Below are positions 8,565-19,750 of a stretch of DNA of 64,000 bases, in pieces. The stretch covers positions 672,001 through 736,000 of the forward strand of contig OZ244732.1 in the NCBI GenBank assembly GCA_965219345.1, written 5' to 3'. A model generated the notes under the pieces. The model was not told where the DNA came from. It was given only the letters and a program-made list of their open reading frames with translations, and did no database searches. The number at the start of each line of letters is the position of its first letter. Within the stretch, counting starts at the first letter, position 1. Source of the DNA: Nitrosopumilus sp. GTDB taxonomy: Archaea; Thermoproteota; Nitrososphaeria; Nitrososphaerales; Nitrosopumilaceae. Both the position numbers and the translations under genes were made by a program.

Positions 8565-10664
8565 CTATTTTTTCTTATTCTTCCAAGAATATGAATTGTA
8601 AACCATTTCTGGAACTAATTGTTTGAATGGTTGAGATCCACCATCATACCATTTTGTAAAGAACTCATAGAGGTGAAGCCTTAGAGACTGTATGTACACA
8701 ATCAAACCTTCAATCATCATAATTCCTATCTGTCCTCCTATGATAAGTACAAGAGAAGCTGGATTATCAAGTCCTCCCAAAGACTCATAGGCTTGGTTAA
8801 CTGTAAGCAAAAGAGCTGCATGTACTAGAAGCATAATTCCTATTCGTGCATAACTGATAGAGTGCGCTAGACATTCAATGGTCTTTCCAAGCAAAACTTC
8901 CATTATGACACTTACCATATCTCCACCATCATCTGGATGTTTCTTGTTATGTCTTATCCCACCAATAATCATCAATACAACACATGCAAGAATAATAATA
9001 ATTGAAACTCTAACAACTAACCATACAACTGCCCACTCTCCGACAAGTACAGAGACCCAAGGGACGGCTTCTGCGTGAATCTTAGAATACATATTCATGA
9101 CATCATATCCGGAACCTATTGCTCCCATCATAACTCCAAAAACTCCTAACCACATGAACATATTGGGAATAGCTTCGAAGATCAATGCATCTTTGTCTTT
9201 CTTTTTTGCAAAGTTGCGCATACGTAAAAGGAAAGCCCACCCTAGATGAATAACTCCTAAGAACATTGACACTTTGAGAATCATGATTACTTGATCAAAT
9301 GTCAATTCTGCTACACTGATAGCTCCTATCAACCACGAAATTGAATGAAGTGGTCCACCCTCATGTAACAATGCTTCAAAGCCTGCAAAGTGTTCTAAAT
9401 GAAAACCAAATATTTCTCCCTGAAAAACTCCAGCAAGTGCACCTGCTCCACCAGACATTGCAAGTAACATTCCCCATCTTGATAGTGTGCCCTGTCCTTT
9501 GAATTTGAATAATAGTCCTAAGCCCATTAACAATAATCCATGGCCCACATCTGCAAACATTAATCCATAAAAAATAGGCCACATGAGTGCTATCATCCAT
9601 GTAGGATCAAATTCTCCTCTCCTGGGAATTCCTTGACTGTTGGTAATTACTTCATATGTTCTAACCCACTTGGGATTATCCAAATAAACAGGAATATCTG
9701 ATATCTTTTCATCTTTGATATCTTCAGTTATTGATGTCCATTGACTTGTTACCCGTTTGAACTTTTTTTCCATTTTCTTGGGAATATACCCTTGAATAAC
9801 TGCAAAATTTTTAGTGCCTCCTGGTTTACGTAATGTTTCAAGAGCTTCTTTTGCTACAAATGCATTTTCATGCATTGTTAGAATTTCACCACGAATTTTT
9901 TTTGTGATAGATGCTAATTCTTTTGAAATTGATTTTTGTTTTCCTGTTAGCTCCTTTATTTTTGCTTCTGCTAAAGAATACGCTTCACTTGGAATTTGAG
10001 GAAAATCTTTGGGTATGCTAAATGGATTCGAATTAAGGGCTCTCATAACTTTGAGAATTTTATCAGAGTCATCAATATCAGAAATTATTATAATAGCTGA
10101 TTTTTCTTTAGATTCTAAATCGTATTTGAAAATTGGTATTCCCTCTAATGATCGTTCAATCTCTCCATAATCCGAGGAATTAATTACAAATAGATTTGTA
10201 TAGAAATAATTCATGGATCCAAAACCAGTTAGATCAACTTTCAGCTTGTTTGCAACTTGTAATGTTTCTTTTAATGATATGAACTCTTCAAGAGAGTGAT
10301 TAACTTTTGAATTTTCTTCTAATACTTTAGCTGCTTTGGTGATACTTTCTGGAGTTTTCTCCAGATCTGCAATCAAATCTTCAATTTCTTCAATCTCGTA
10401 ATTTTTCTTTTTAATCACAGTACCTTTGAAAAGAATCTCCATGATGCCAACTCGCAGAGGAATATTCAATCCCTTAATCACATCTTCAATAAATTGATGT
10501 GTTTTTTGAGCCCGTAAAAGAAGATCATCAATTTCAGGAGTGACTGTTTCATTTTCCATCTCCATTTTATGAAACCATTCAAACTCGGTTAGACGTGATA
10601 TTGCTTTTGGAGATTCAGTTCTTGGAAGTATAACACTGCCCATCAGAAGTTCTGCAACAGCCAC
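8565..10664 (-). CDS. atpI: A/V-type ATP synthase subunit I (a)
   Basis: FDPT, FYGLMFADVGHG, SYARI (essential Arg), LRLHLYEFFTKWY; probable GTG start at 10664. Confidence 0.95.
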   Translation of the reverse strand: MAVAELLMGSVILPRTESPKAISRLTEFEWFHKMEMENETVTPEIDDLLLRAQKTHQFIEDVIKGLNIPLRVGIMEILFKGTVIKKKNYEIEEIEDLIADLEKTPESITKAAKVLEENSKVNHSLEEFISLKETLQVANKLKVDLTGFGSMNYFYTNLFVINSSDYGEIERSLEGIPIFKYDLESKEKSAIIIISDIDDSDKILKVMRALNSNPFSIPKDFPQIPSEAYSLAEAKIKELTGKQKSISKELASITKKIRGEILTMHENAFVAKEALETLRKPGGTKNFAVIQGYIPKKMEKKFKRVTSQWTSITEDIKDEKISDIPVYLDNPKWVRTYEVITNSQGIPRRGEFDPTWMIALMWPIFYGLMFADVGHGLLLMGLGLLFKFKGQGTLSRWGMLLAMSGGAGALAGVFQGEIFGFHLEHFAGFEALLHEGGPLHSISWLIGAISVAELTFDQVIMILKVSMFLGVIHLGWAFLLRMRNFAKKKDKDALIFEAIPNMFMWLGVFGVMMGAIGSGYDVMNMYSKIHAEAVPWVSVLVGEWAVVWLVVRVSIIIILACVVLMIIGGIRHNKKHPDDGGDMVSVIMEVLLGKTIECLAHSISYARIGIMLLVHAALLLTVNQAYESLGGLDNPASLVLIIGGQIGIMMIEGLIVYIQSLRLHLYEFFTKWYDGGSQPFKQLVPEMVYNSYSWKNKKK

Positions 10665-10767
10665 ACTTCCAACGAAGATTATTACATTATAATATCTTTC
10701 CAAGTACAAATTGAAAATATGATTTTTTTTGAATTATCAAGTTCCTTCCAAACATTAAAATCCATTA

Positions 10768-11385
10768 TTGAATGATCATTTCGCATTGACATCTAATTCG
10801 TTATTAGAACAAGCTATTGACAAAATTCTTAAGAAAACTGAGAAAGAAATTCTATTAGATCTTAAAAACTCAGGTTCAGATTCTAAACAAACACTAGATG
10901 ACTCACTTCCTACACTAGAACAAGAATATGATAAAATTATTTCAGATGGAAAAAAAGAAGCAGACAAAATTGAAAAACAGATTGTTGGCAGTTCCGATCT
11001 AGATGTTAGAAATAAAGAACTCTTGTTATTAGAAGAAGGAGTTGACAAGGTCTTTTCAAAAGCATTAGATCAAATAGCAAATACTGATCGAAGTGGAGAT
11101 TATTCAAAACTAATTAAAACTATGTTAGATGAATCAACTAAAATTTTAGGTACAACTGAAGTTACAGTTTTTACAAATACTAGGGATAAAGACGTAGTAC
11201 AATCAATACTATCAAAATATTCTGGTGCAGAATTGTCCTCTGAAACAATTGATTGTATTGGTGGCGTTTTAATAAAATCTAAAGATGGTGCAATGACATT
11301 TGATAATACCATTGATGCAAGAATTGAACGCTTTAAGCCTTTAATAAGGAAAGAAATTGCATCCGCATTCGGAGTGGGAAATTAG
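10768..11385 (+). CDS. atpE: A/V-type ATP synthase subunit E
   Basis: Coiled-coil N-terminus, '[11 protein letters not shown]...FDNTIDAR'; upstream of A; start may be TTG 10786. Confidence 0.9.
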   Translation: MNDHFALTSNSLLEQAIDKILKKTEKEILLDLKNSGSDSKQTLDDSLPTLEQEYDKIISDGKKEADKIEKQIVGSSDLDVRNKELLLLEEGVDKVFSKALDQIANTDRSGDYSKLIKTMLDESTKILGTTEVTVFTNTRDKDVVQSILSKYSGAELSSETIDCIGGVLIKSKDGAMTFDNTIDARIERFKPLIRKEIASAFGVGN

Positions 11386-11386
11386 A

Positions 11387-13165
11387 ATGGCAGCTCAAGG
11401 TAGAATTGTTTGGGTAAGCGGTCCGGCAGTTAGGGCTGATGGTATGTCAGAAGCAAAGATGTATGAAACTGTGACTGTTGGTAATGCAAAATTAGTAGGC
11501 GAAGTAATTCGATTAACTGGCGATGTAGCATTCATCCAAGTTTATGAATCAACCAGTGGGCTGAAACCAGGTGAGCCTGTAGTTGGTACTGGAAACCCAC
11601 TTAGTGTCTTGTTAGGTCCAGGAATTATTGGTCAACTTTATGATGGAATTCAAAGACCATTAAGAGAATTATCAAAAGCCTCTGGTTCATTCATTGGAAG
11701 AGGTATCACTACTACTCCAGTTGACATGACAAAAAAATATCATTTTGTACCAACTGTAAGTAATGGTGACGAAGTTTCAGCAGGAAATATTATTGGAACT
11801 GTTAAAGAAACTGATCTAATTGATCATTCCATTATGGTGCCACCAGAGCATAAAGGTGGAAAAATTTCAAATTTAGTATCCGAAGGAGATTATGATTTAG
11901 AAACTGTATTAGCAACAACTGAGAAAGACGGTCAGAATATTGAACTAAAAATGTATCACAAGTGGCCTGTAAGAAAACCACGTCCATACAAGAGCAGATA
12001 CGATCCAACTGTTCCTCTACTAACTGGACAACGTGTTATAGACACATTTTTCCCAATTGCAAAAGGTGGAACTGGCTCAATTCCTGGAGCATTTGGAACA
12101 GGAAAGACTGTTACATTACACCAAATTGCAAAATGGGCTGACTCTCAAGTTGTTGTTTACATTGGTTGTGGTGAAAGAGGAAACGAGATGACTGAAGTGC
12201 TAGTTGAATTCCCACACCTCAAAGACCCACGTAGTGGAAAACCACTTATGGATAGAACCGTCCTTGTTGCAAATACTAGTAACATGCCAGTGGCAGCAAG
12301 AGAGGCAAGTATCTACACCGGTGTAACAATTGCAGAATATTACAGAGATATGGGTAAAGATGTTGTACTTGTAGCAGACTCTACAAGTAGATGGGCAGAA
12401 GCACTCAGAGAAATGAGTGGCAGATTAGAAGAGATGCCAGCGGAAGAAGGTTATCCATCATATCTTGCATCAAGATTAGCAGAATTTTATGAAAGAGCAG
12501 GTCGTGTTAGAGCAGCTGGAAGTCCAGACCGTGACGGTTCAGTTACTTTGATTGGTGCTGTATCTCCATCAGGTGGTGACTTTACAGAACCAGTTACAAC
12601 TCACACAATGAGATTCATCAAAACTTTCTGGGCTTTGGATGCAAAACTTGCATACTCTAGACATTATCCATCAATCAACTGGATGAACAGCTATTCTGGT
12701 TATCTTGCTGATATTGCAAAATGGTGGAGTGAAAATGTCAGTGAAGATTGGTTTAGCCTAAGAAGTGAAGTATATGGAGTTTTACAAAGAGAAGATACAC
12801 TAAAAGAAATTGTCAGACTTTTAGGTCCAGAAGCATTACCTGATGAAGAAAAACTAATTCTTGAAGTTGCAAGAATGGTTAAGATTGGTCTTTTACAACA
12901 AAACTCATTTGATGATGTTGATACTTTTTGCAGTCCAGAAAAACAATACAAACTAATGAAATTATTAGTCGACTTTTACACAAGAGGTCAGCAAGCAATC
13001 AAAGGTGGTGCAACATTAGCTGATATTCGCGCAATGTCTGTTATTACTTCAATTCTCAAAGCAAGAATGGATGTCAAAGATGATGAGATATCAAAACTTG
13101 ATCAACTTGATGTAGAGATGCAAGAACAATTCAAATCAATTACAGGAGTGAAAGTATCAAATTGA
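11387..13165 (+). CDS. atpA: A/V-type ATP synthase catalytic subunit A
   Basis: P-loop [26 protein letters not shown]; no intein; ATG at 11387. Confidence 0.98.
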   Translation: MAAQGRIVWVSGPAVRADGMSEAKMYETVTVGNAKLVGEVIRLTGDVAFIQVYESTSGLKPGEPVVGTGNPLSVLLGPGIIGQLYDGIQRPLRELSKASGSFIGRGITTTPVDMTKKYHFVPTVSNGDEVSAGNIIGTVKETDLIDHSIMVPPEHKGGKISNLVSEGDYDLETVLATTEKDGQNIELKMYHKWPVRKPRPYKSRYDPTVPLLTGQRVIDTFFPIAKGGTGSIPGAFGTGKTVTLHQIAKWADSQVVVYIGCGERGNEMTEVLVEFPHLKDPRSGKPLMDRTVLVANTSNMPVAAREASIYTGVTIAEYYRDMGKDVVLVADSTSRWAEALREMSGRLEEMPAEEGYPSYLASRLAEFYERAGRVRAAGSPDRDGSVTLIGAVSPSGGDFTEPVTTHTMRFIKTFWALDAKLAYSRHYPSINWMNSYSGYLADIAKWWSENVSEDWFSLRSEVYGVLQREDTLKEIVRLLGPEALPDEEKLILEVARMVKIGLLQQNSFDDVDTFCSPEKQYKLMKLLVDFYTRGQQAIKGGATLADIRAMSVITSILKARMDVKDDEISKLDQLDVEMQEQFKSITGVKVSN

Positions 13166-14547
13166 CAACGGAAGGCGGAGTTCAATATAGTAAGATCGCT
13201 GAAATCAAAGGTCCACTAGTAGTCGTAGATGATGTTGACAATGCAGCATTTGATGAACTTGTTGAAATTGAAACTAATGAAGGAGAAAGAAGACTAGGTA
13301 AAGTTCTAGAAGTAGGAAACGGTAAAGCAATCGTTCAGGTTTTCGAGGGAACAACTGGATTATCAATTGCTGCAACTAATGCAAAATTTGTAGGTAAAGT
13401 CATGGAAATGCCAGTATCAAAAGAGGTACTTGGTAGAGTTTTTGATGGACTAGGTAGACCAAAAGATGGACTACCAGATCCAATTGCTGATAAATTTATT
13501 GATATTAACGGTGAACCGATGAATCCTGAACAACGTGAATACCCAAAGGACTTCATTCAAACAGGCGTGTCTGTAATTGATGGAATGATTACTTTAGTTA
13601 GAGGACAAAAACTTCCAATCTTTTCTGGTTCTGGCATGTCTCACAATCTTTTAGCAGCACAAATTGCAAGACAAGCAAATGTTGTTGGAACACAAGATGA
13701 CTTTGCTGTAGTGTTTGCAGCAATCGGTGTGCAATATAGTGAAGCAGAATATTTCAGACGAAGTCTTGAAGATTCTGGCGCACTTAAGAGAAGCGTTCTA
13801 TTTCTAAATACAGCAGATGATCCTGCAATTGAAAGAATTATCACCCCCCGTGTGGCCTTAACTGTAGCTGAATATTTGGCATTTGAATTAGGAATGCATG
13901 TTCTAGTAGTAATGACTGACATGACAAACTATGCAGAAGCATTAAGAGAGATTAGTGCAGCAAGAGAAGAAGTTCCTGGAAGAAAAGGATATCCTGGTTA
14001 TCTTTACACTGATCTTTCAACAATTTATGAAAGAGCAGGTAAACTACAGGGAAGGAAAGGAAGTGTTACTCAAGTTCCAATTTTATCAATGCCATCTGAT
14101 GATATTACTCACCCAATACCTGACCTTACTGGTTACATTACAGAGGGACAAGTAGTACTTGGCAGAGATTTGTTCAGACAAGGAGTTTACCCTCCAATCA
14201 ATATTTTGATGAGTCTTAGTAGGCTGATGAAAGATGGAATTGGTGAAGGAAGTACCAGAGCAGATCACAGTGAAATTTCTAATCAAGTTTATGATGCATA
14301 TTCTAGAGCACAAGAAGTAAGAGCATTGGCAGGTATTGTAGGTAAAGCAGGACTTACTGAAATTGACTTGAAATACATGGATGTTGGTGATGTCTTTGAA
14401 AAAGAATTTCTTGCACAGGCAACTGATGAGAACAGAACAATTGAAGAAACACTTGGAATTTTATGGAAGATTGTTTCTAAACTACCAAAGAATGAGATTA
14501 CTAAAATCAAAGATAAATTCGTAGAACAATATTATCAGGAAAAGTAA
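13162..14547 (+). CDS. atpB: A/V-type ATP synthase subunit B
   Basis: [43 protein letters not shown]. Confidence 0.98.
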   Translation: MTTEGGVQYSKIAEIKGPLVVVDDVDNAAFDELVEIETNEGERRLGKVLEVGNGKAIVQVFEGTTGLSIAATNAKFVGKVMEMPVSKEVLGRVFDGLGRPKDGLPDPIADKFIDINGEPMNPEQREYPKDFIQTGVSVIDGMITLVRGQKLPIFSGSGMSHNLLAAQIARQANVVGTQDDFAVVFAAIGVQYSEAEYFRRSLEDSGALKRSVLFLNTADDPAIERIITPRVALTVAEYLAFELGMHVLVVMTDMTNYAEALREISAAREEVPGRKGYPGYLYTDLSTIYERAGKLQGRKGSVTQVPILSMPSDDITHPIPDLTGYITEGQVVLGRDLFRQGVYPPINILMSLSRLMKDGIGEGSTRADHSEISNQVYDAYSRAQEVRALAGIVGKAGLTEIDLKYMDVGDVFEKEFLAQATDENRTIEETLGILWKIVSKLPKNEITKIKDKFVEQYYQEK

Positions 14548-14551
14548 TAAG

Positions 14552-15184
14552 ATGTCATTTGGACAAAATGTAGCTGCAACAAAAATTGAACTTTTAAAAT
14601 TTAAAAAATCTAGTCAAGTTGCAACAATGGTTCAGAAAATTTTAGATGACAAACGTAAAGTTATCTTAAAAAATATTGAAGAGATGATTGAAGAAGCCTC
14701 AAAAGCAAGAGGTGGTATTTGGGAACCACTACAAGATATCTACAAATCTGTCAATGAATCATACCTTTCATTAGGAACAGGAACAGTTGATTCTATTGCT
14801 GAATCCACACCACCTGTAATGGAAGTAGATGTTCATATACGAAGAGTAGTTGATGTAACGATTCCAGCACTTACAGTAACTGAAAAAGACACAAAATCAT
14901 TGCCATATGGATTTGCAGATACTAATTCTTCAGTTGATAGAGCAGCTAAACAAATCAAAGAACTACTTCCACAAATCTGTAAAGCAGCCGAATATGAAAA
15001 CTCAATCTTTAGCCTCGCAAAAGCACTTGAAAAGGCACAAAAGCTGCTTAATGCTTTAGAAAATGTCATCATTCCTCAATATCAACAAAAAATCAGATTC
15101 ATCCTTGCAACTCTAGAAGAAAGAGAAAGAGAAGAATTCGCAAAGTTAAAAAAAGTAAAAGCTAAGATGGAAAGTAGAAAATAA
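14552..15184 (+). CDS. atpD: A/V-type ATP synthase subunit D
   Basis: ATKIEL, NALENVIIP, LEEREREEF. Confidence 0.95.
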   Translation: MSFGQNVAATKIELLKFKKSSQVATMVQKILDDKRKVILKNIEEMIEEASKARGGIWEPLQDIYKSVNESYLSLGTGTVDSIAESTPPVMEVDVHIRRVVDVTIPALTVTEKDTKSLPYGFADTNSSVDRAAKQIKELLPQICKAAEYENSIFSLAKALEKAQKLLNALENVIIPQYQQKIRFILATLEEREREEFAKLKKVKAKMESRK

Positions 15185-15315
15185 TGGCAAAAGAAGAAAT
15201 TAAAAAATTACTTGACAATTCTAAAAAGACATTAGATAACGATCACGAAAATTTCGTAAAATCTATTCAAAATGATCTAACATCATTCAAAAAGAAAACA
15301 CTCGATGAAATTTAA
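15184..15315 (+). CDS. 43-aa amphipathic helical microprotein in the ATPase operon (not in ORF track)
   Basis: MAKEEIKKLLDNSKKTLDNDHENFVKSIQNDLTSFKKKTLDEI*; start overlaps the atpD stop (TAATG). Confidence 0.75.
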   Translation: MAKEEIKKLLDNSKKTLDNDHENFVKSIQNDLTSFKKKTLDEI

Positions 15316-15366
15316 TGTTCTAACTTTATCATGATTTAAATATAGAATTATGAGGAATTCATACAG

Positions 15367-15678
15367 ATGAAATTTAGTGTTTTATTGTTATCAGTGGCAG
15401 CTATTGCATTAGTAGCTGCAGGTCTTACAGATATAGCATATGCTCAAGAAGAAGGAACCGGTGGTATGAGTGATGGTTCCAAACTTATTGGTGCTGGCAT
15501 AGCATTTGGTGTTGCAGCAGGAGGCGCCGGTGTTGGTTTAGGTCAAGTAGGTGCAGCAGGTCTTGCAGTAATAAGTGAAAATCCAGCATTACAGTCCAAA
15601 GTATTCATCTTTGTAGGTATGGTAGAATCAATTGCTATCTATGGTATAGTTATGATGTTTATCATCTTAGGACAATAA
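15367..15678 (+). CDS. atpK: A-type ATP synthase proteolipid subunit K (c)
   Basis: Gly/Ala hairpin, ENP loop, ion-binding Glu in 'VESIAIYG'; signal-like leader ending AYAQ; own TATA (TTTAAATA about 15335). Confidence 0.95.
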   Translation: MKFSVLLLSVAAIALVAAGLTDIAYAQEEGTGGMSDGSKLIGAGIAFGVAAGGAGVGLGQVGAAGLAVISENPALQSKVFIFVGMVESIAIYGIVMMFIILGQ

Positions 15679-15699
15679 ACCAAAAAATCTTTTTCAAAT

Positions 15700-16161
15700 T
15701 TAATTATATCTTAACTGATTTACATCTAGTACTCTTGAGCAATATCTACACTTGAGTACTCTTCCTTCCTTATCCATAACATCCATTATTGATTCGATGT
15801 GTTCAGTACTGTTTGTGATACAGTCTGGATTTGAGCAACGAAATATTCTATCAACCTCATTTGGAAGAGCAACCCTTCTCTTTTCCACAAGCTTGTAGTT
15901 TTTGATGATGTTAATTGTTGCATTTGGCACAATAACTGCAAGTTTGTTTGTATCGTCATCTTTTAGGAATCTATTTTCTACTTTAATGATGTCTTTTTTC
16001 TTGAATTTGCCACTTGGAACATTCAAGGCTATAGTAATCAAACTTCCATCCTTACCGTCAATTCTTAATGCGTCGAGAACCTGAAGGCCTTTACCTTCAT
16101 CAATATGGTCAATTACAGTACCTTCCTTGATTCGTCGAACCATAAGTTCGGACTGTTCCAT
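15700..16161 (-). CDS. pyrI: Aspartate carbamoyltransferase regulatory subunit
   Basis: GTVIDHI, KKDIIKVE, CSNPDCIT, CRYC. Confidence 0.96.
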   Translation of the reverse strand: MEQSELMVRRIKEGTVIDHIDEGKGLQVLDALRIDGKDGSLITIALNVPSGKFKKKDIIKVENRFLKDDDTNKLAVIVPNATINIIKNYKLVEKRRVALPNEVDRIFRCSNPDCITNSTEHIESIMDVMDKEGRVLKCRYCSRVLDVNQLRYN

Positions 16162-16202
16162 CAGAATACTTTGTATAGTCACTGGTATATAATATTGAAA
16201 GG

Positions 16203-17132
16203 ATGAACGAGTTCTATCAAAAAGATATCATCTCAATTAAGGAATTTGATAAAGAAAAACTAGAGAAAATTTTTGTATCAACAGATAAGATAATGAAACT
16301 AAATCCTACAGAGAGAAGAGAGATTTGTAAAGGAAATACCCTAGCTTATCTATTTTATGAGCCAAGTACCAGAACTCGTCTTAGTTTTGATTCTGCTATG
16401 GCATCAGTTGGTGGTAATTCATTAGGAATCTCTGATATCACTTCTTCTTCTGCACAAAAAGGTGAAAGTCTTGCTGATACTGTAAGAATAATGTCAATTT
16501 ACTCTGATGTTCTTGTTTTACGACACACTTTGGATGGTTCAAGTAGATTTGCAGCTGAAATTTCAGAAAAACCAATAATCAATGCTGGAAGTGGAACAGA
16601 AGAACATCCTACACAGGCACTTCAAGATTTGTATACAATTAAAAAAGAAAAGAAAAAAATTGATGGTCTGAAGATTGGAATTGTAGGCGATCTGAAGTAT
16701 GGGCGAACTGTTTATTCTCTGTTACATGGACTTGGAAACTATGATGTTGACGTTCGTTTAATTTCTCCAGAATCTCTTAGAGTACGATCTGATTCAATTT
16801 ATGAAATTAAAAAGAAATTGAACTTTACTGAATCTACAAACATTGAAGAACACATTGATGAGCTTGATGTTCTTTATGTAACAAGAATACAAAAGGAGAG
16901 ATTTCCTGATGAGGAAGAATATCTAAAAGTCAAAGGAAGCTATGTTGTAGGATTGGATTTGCTGAAACAAATGAAAGATGATTCTATAATTTTACATCCT
17001 CTTCCAAGGATAGATGAAATTTCAACTGATATTGATAACACAAAAAATGCAAAATACTTTGAGCAAGCCGAATATGGAAAACATATACGCGCAGCTCTAT
17101 TAGGCTTAATACTAAACGAGAACGGATTTTAA
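16203..17132 (+). CDS. pyrB: Aspartate carbamoyltransferase catalytic subunit
   Basis: FYEPSTRTRLSF, HPTQ, RIQKER, HPLPR. Confidence 0.97.
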   Translation: MNEFYQKDIISIKEFDKEKLEKIFVSTDKIMKLNPTERREICKGNTLAYLFYEPSTRTRLSFDSAMASVGGNSLGISDITSSSAQKGESLADTVRIMSIYSDVLVLRHTLDGSSRFAAEISEKPIINAGSGTEEHPTQALQDLYTIKKEKKKIDGLKIGIVGDLKYGRTVYSLLHGLGNYDVDVRLISPESLRVRSDSIYEIKKKLNFTESTNIEEHIDELDVLYVTRIQKERFPDEEEYLKVKGSYVVGLDLLKQMKDDSIILHPLPRIDEISTDIDNTKNAKYFEQAEYGKHIRAALLGLILNENGF

Positions 17133-17184
17133 AATAAATTAGAATCCGTATTTCATATATTTAGAGACATTTCAATATGATTAG

Positions 17185-17895
17185 TTGACCCAGACAAAAG
17201 TAATTCCAATATTTCCTTTAGATTTAGTTTTATTTCCTAGACAGGAACTCCCACTTCGAATATTCGAGCCTCGCTACAAGCAATTAGTTGATGATTGTAT
17301 GTTAGGTAATGGTCAGTTTGGTGTATGTTTGATTGATGAAAAAAATTCTGTAAGTGGTTGGAATTCTCCCAAACTGGTTGGGACAATTGCCAAAATCACG
17401 AAGTGCGAAGACGTTCAACTTGATGGATTGCAACTACACATTGAGACAATAGGTAGAAGCTCATTTAAAATTAAAAAAATTATTCCACCCTTAATTCCTC
17501 AACCCGTAAACTATGATCCTCTTTCAGTAGAGGGACATCAAGAAATATCTGAAATGCATGAGAAGGTTGGAACTGAAGAAAAAATGTACATTCAAGCTGA
17601 AGTTGAAATGATTCCAGAAATTGATGCAAATATTTCACTAGACCAGTGGGAAAAACTAGTTGAATTATGGAAAAAGAAAACTATTACACAAGCATTGCCT
17701 CAAGTTGTTGAACCACATACATTAGAACATGTTTTAGAACAATACTATCTTGCTACCGATACACCTGCAATTGATTACATCTATTCATTGTCTGCACTTG
17801 GTGCAAATGATCCAAATGATCTCCAATTAATCCTAGAGGCAACAACAATGAATGATCTGATTCAAAAAGTTGAAGAATTACTGACAGTAAAATAA
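17185..17895 (+). CDS. LON peptidase N-terminal substrate-binding domain protein
   Basis: IPIFPLDLVLFP...LPLRIFEPRY; no protease domain. Confidence 0.85.
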   Translation: MTQTKVIPIFPLDLVLFPRQELPLRIFEPRYKQLVDDCMLGNGQFGVCLIDEKNSVSGWNSPKLVGTIAKITKCEDVQLDGLQLHIETIGRSSFKIKKIIPPLIPQPVNYDPLSVEGHQEISEMHEKVGTEEKMYIQAEVEMIPEIDANISLDQWEKLVELWKKKTITQALPQVVEPHTLEHVLEQYYLATDTPAIDYIYSLSALGANDPNDLQLILEATTMNDLIQKVEELLTVK

Positions 17896-17906
17896 CCCCT
17901 GATGAA

Positions 17907-19280
17907 ATGAAAATAATGTTACTATTGACAAAATTTGGAATATTTGCATTAGTTGTATGTTCACTGTTTCCGGCAAGTAGTGTTTATGGACATGGGTTGG
18001 GAATTGATACCATTTCTTCAATAGATATCCAAGGAAAAAAAATCTCAATATCAGTTGAGATGCCAATGTATTTTGAAAATAATCAAGAGCAGATCACAAT
18101 TACAGCAATTGAAAAGGAAACAAAAGAAAATGCAAAAAATGTCACATTTCTAATTGGTTTGTTTCATGAAAATGAACTGATTTTTAGAAACTATTTCTTT
18201 GCAGAAGATGGTATTTTACCAATTAAAATAACACCAACACAAGAAGGCGAAGTAACAATTCATGGTGAGCAAGACTCTTTGCTTGGAGCATGGCATGGAA
18301 CTGAATCCAGTCCTATAGAAATTACAGGACCTCTGTTTGATTCAGGTGGCTTGTACAATTTTGAGATTGAAGTAAGAACGATTGATGAACCAACTAACAT
18401 CATAGAAGACTCTGGCATTTATAATGCAGATCTGAGTATTATTGAGACTACCTCTTACATTCAAAAAGATGCGGAAAATATTGATGTGAAATTTAGTGTA
18501 CAGTCATATTTTGATAAAATTTCTAATTTTGAGTACGATCCTGAGGCTAAACAGGTAACATTTGAAATGCCATTTGACTGGAATGAAAAAGAAATGTCTC
18601 ATGTACCTGTGGTCCATGTAGAAGTTCATTTTCCAAAAGATTTTACTGAATTTTTAACTCCTGGTTATTTGGGATATGCAAATGGAGTTGAACTATTCAA
18701 GGCTTCATTAATAACTGATGATTATACAGAAGAGGATGAAAGAAGAATTCACTTTGTTTTGTTGCAAGATCATCTAAGATTTTTGAAAAATGAAATGAAA
18801 AAATCAGATGAGTCATTACCTGACAATATTGTATTTACATTATCTACTAGCAAAAATATTCAGTTACCTTTAGTTGCATATACAAAAAGTGAAGATTTTA
18901 AATTAAATCTTTCATGGGATCCTGTAGAGATAGAACCGGGAACTAATACAAACTTTGTTTTTACTATTAGAGATGGACAAACTAGTGAACCACTACGAAA
19001 TTCTGATTATACATTTGTAATTATTCAAAATGGAAAAGAGATTCACCGTACATCAGGAACAGCACTAATTGGTGGTAACTTTGAAAAATTTACATTTGGT
19101 AAAGATCAGACTGGTCACACAATAATAAAATTTGAAAATATTCAAAATACTGGACAAGAAACTGAATTTGGAATTGTTGTCGTACCGGAATTTGGAACTA
19201 TTGCATTACTTGTCTTAGTAACCTCAACAATTGGTATGATTATTGTTACTAGAAGAAATTCATTTAGATTTGGTATCTAA
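17907..19280 (+). CDS. Secreted surface protein with PEFG-CTERM sorting signal
   Basis: Signal peptide; C-terminal VPEFG + TM + RR; paralogous to 28468-30192 (HGLGxD, F(E/D)MPFDW, GYxNGVE). Confidence 0.85.
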   Translation: MKIMLLLTKFGIFALVVCSLFPASSVYGHGLGIDTISSIDIQGKKISISVEMPMYFENNQEQITITAIEKETKENAKNVTFLIGLFHENELIFRNYFFAEDGILPIKITPTQEGEVTIHGEQDSLLGAWHGTESSPIEITGPLFDSGGLYNFEIEVRTIDEPTNIIEDSGIYNADLSIIETTSYIQKDAENIDVKFSVQSYFDKISNFEYDPEAKQVTFEMPFDWNEKEMSHVPVVHVEVHFPKDFTEFLTPGYLGYANGVELFKASLITDDYTEEDERRIHFVLLQDHLRFLKNEMKKSDESLPDNIVFTLSTSKNIQLPLVAYTKSEDFKLNLSWDPVEIEPGTNTNFVFTIRDGQTSEPLRNSDYTFVIIQNGKEIHRTSGTALIGGNFEKFTFGKDQTGHTIIKFENIQNTGQETEFGIVVVPEFGTIALLVLVTSTIGMIIVTRRNSFRFGI

Positions 19281-19660
19281 AGCGCAACAAGCTTTACAGT
19301 ACCCATGTTTCTGTTTGTCTGAAAATCTTTTGTCATTGTGGAAACTTTTTCTGCATCACCATTCATAACAAAAAGCTCCATGCATTTTTCTTTCTCAATC
19401 TTACTATGAAGATGTGTTGTAATTAGATCCTCAAAGTTATGAGTAATTCCTGAAACGACATGATCAAATTCGTCATTGTGTACAACCAAAAGAATGGCAT
19501 GAATATCTCCAGCCAAATCTGACTTTTGTTTTTCTTCAGAAACAAATGCTCTGATTCCTGCCCTGATGGCTTCAGATCTACCTGAAAATCCCATGGATGA
19601 TTGTAGCTTGTCTAGTTCTGAGAGAATTTCATCATTTAAGGAGATTGAAACTATTGGCAT
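19277..19660 (-). CDS. NikR-family (RHH + ACT-like) metal-responsive regulator
   Basis: IVSISL...RSEAIR ribbon-helix-helix; HLH...C metal ligands. Confidence 0.88.
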   Translation of the reverse strand: MPIVSISLNDEILSELDKLQSSMGFSGRSEAIRAGIRAFVSEEKQKSDLAGDIHAILLVVHNDEFDHVVSGITHNFEDLITTHLHSKIEKEKCMELFVMNGDAEKVSTMTKDFQTNRNMGTVKLVAL

Positions 19661-19700
19661 ATGCGTAATATTATTAATTATCTTATAAGTTTAGCAATTA

Positions 19701-19735
19701 AAATTATTAAGATTTTATAGATTTATTAATAATTT
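19701..19735. promoter_or_regulatory. Candidate operator of the NikR-like regulator
   Basis: Perfect inverted repeat AAATTATTAA-N15-TTAATAATTT around the TTTTATA box of the ABC operon. Confidence 0.5.
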
Positions 19736-19750
19736 ACATTGAGCTGCTGC

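Noticed and set aside
11387-13165. Intein in ATPase A (also checked nrdJ)
   Set aside because: Lengths are normal and the motifs around the usual insertion sites are uninterrupted
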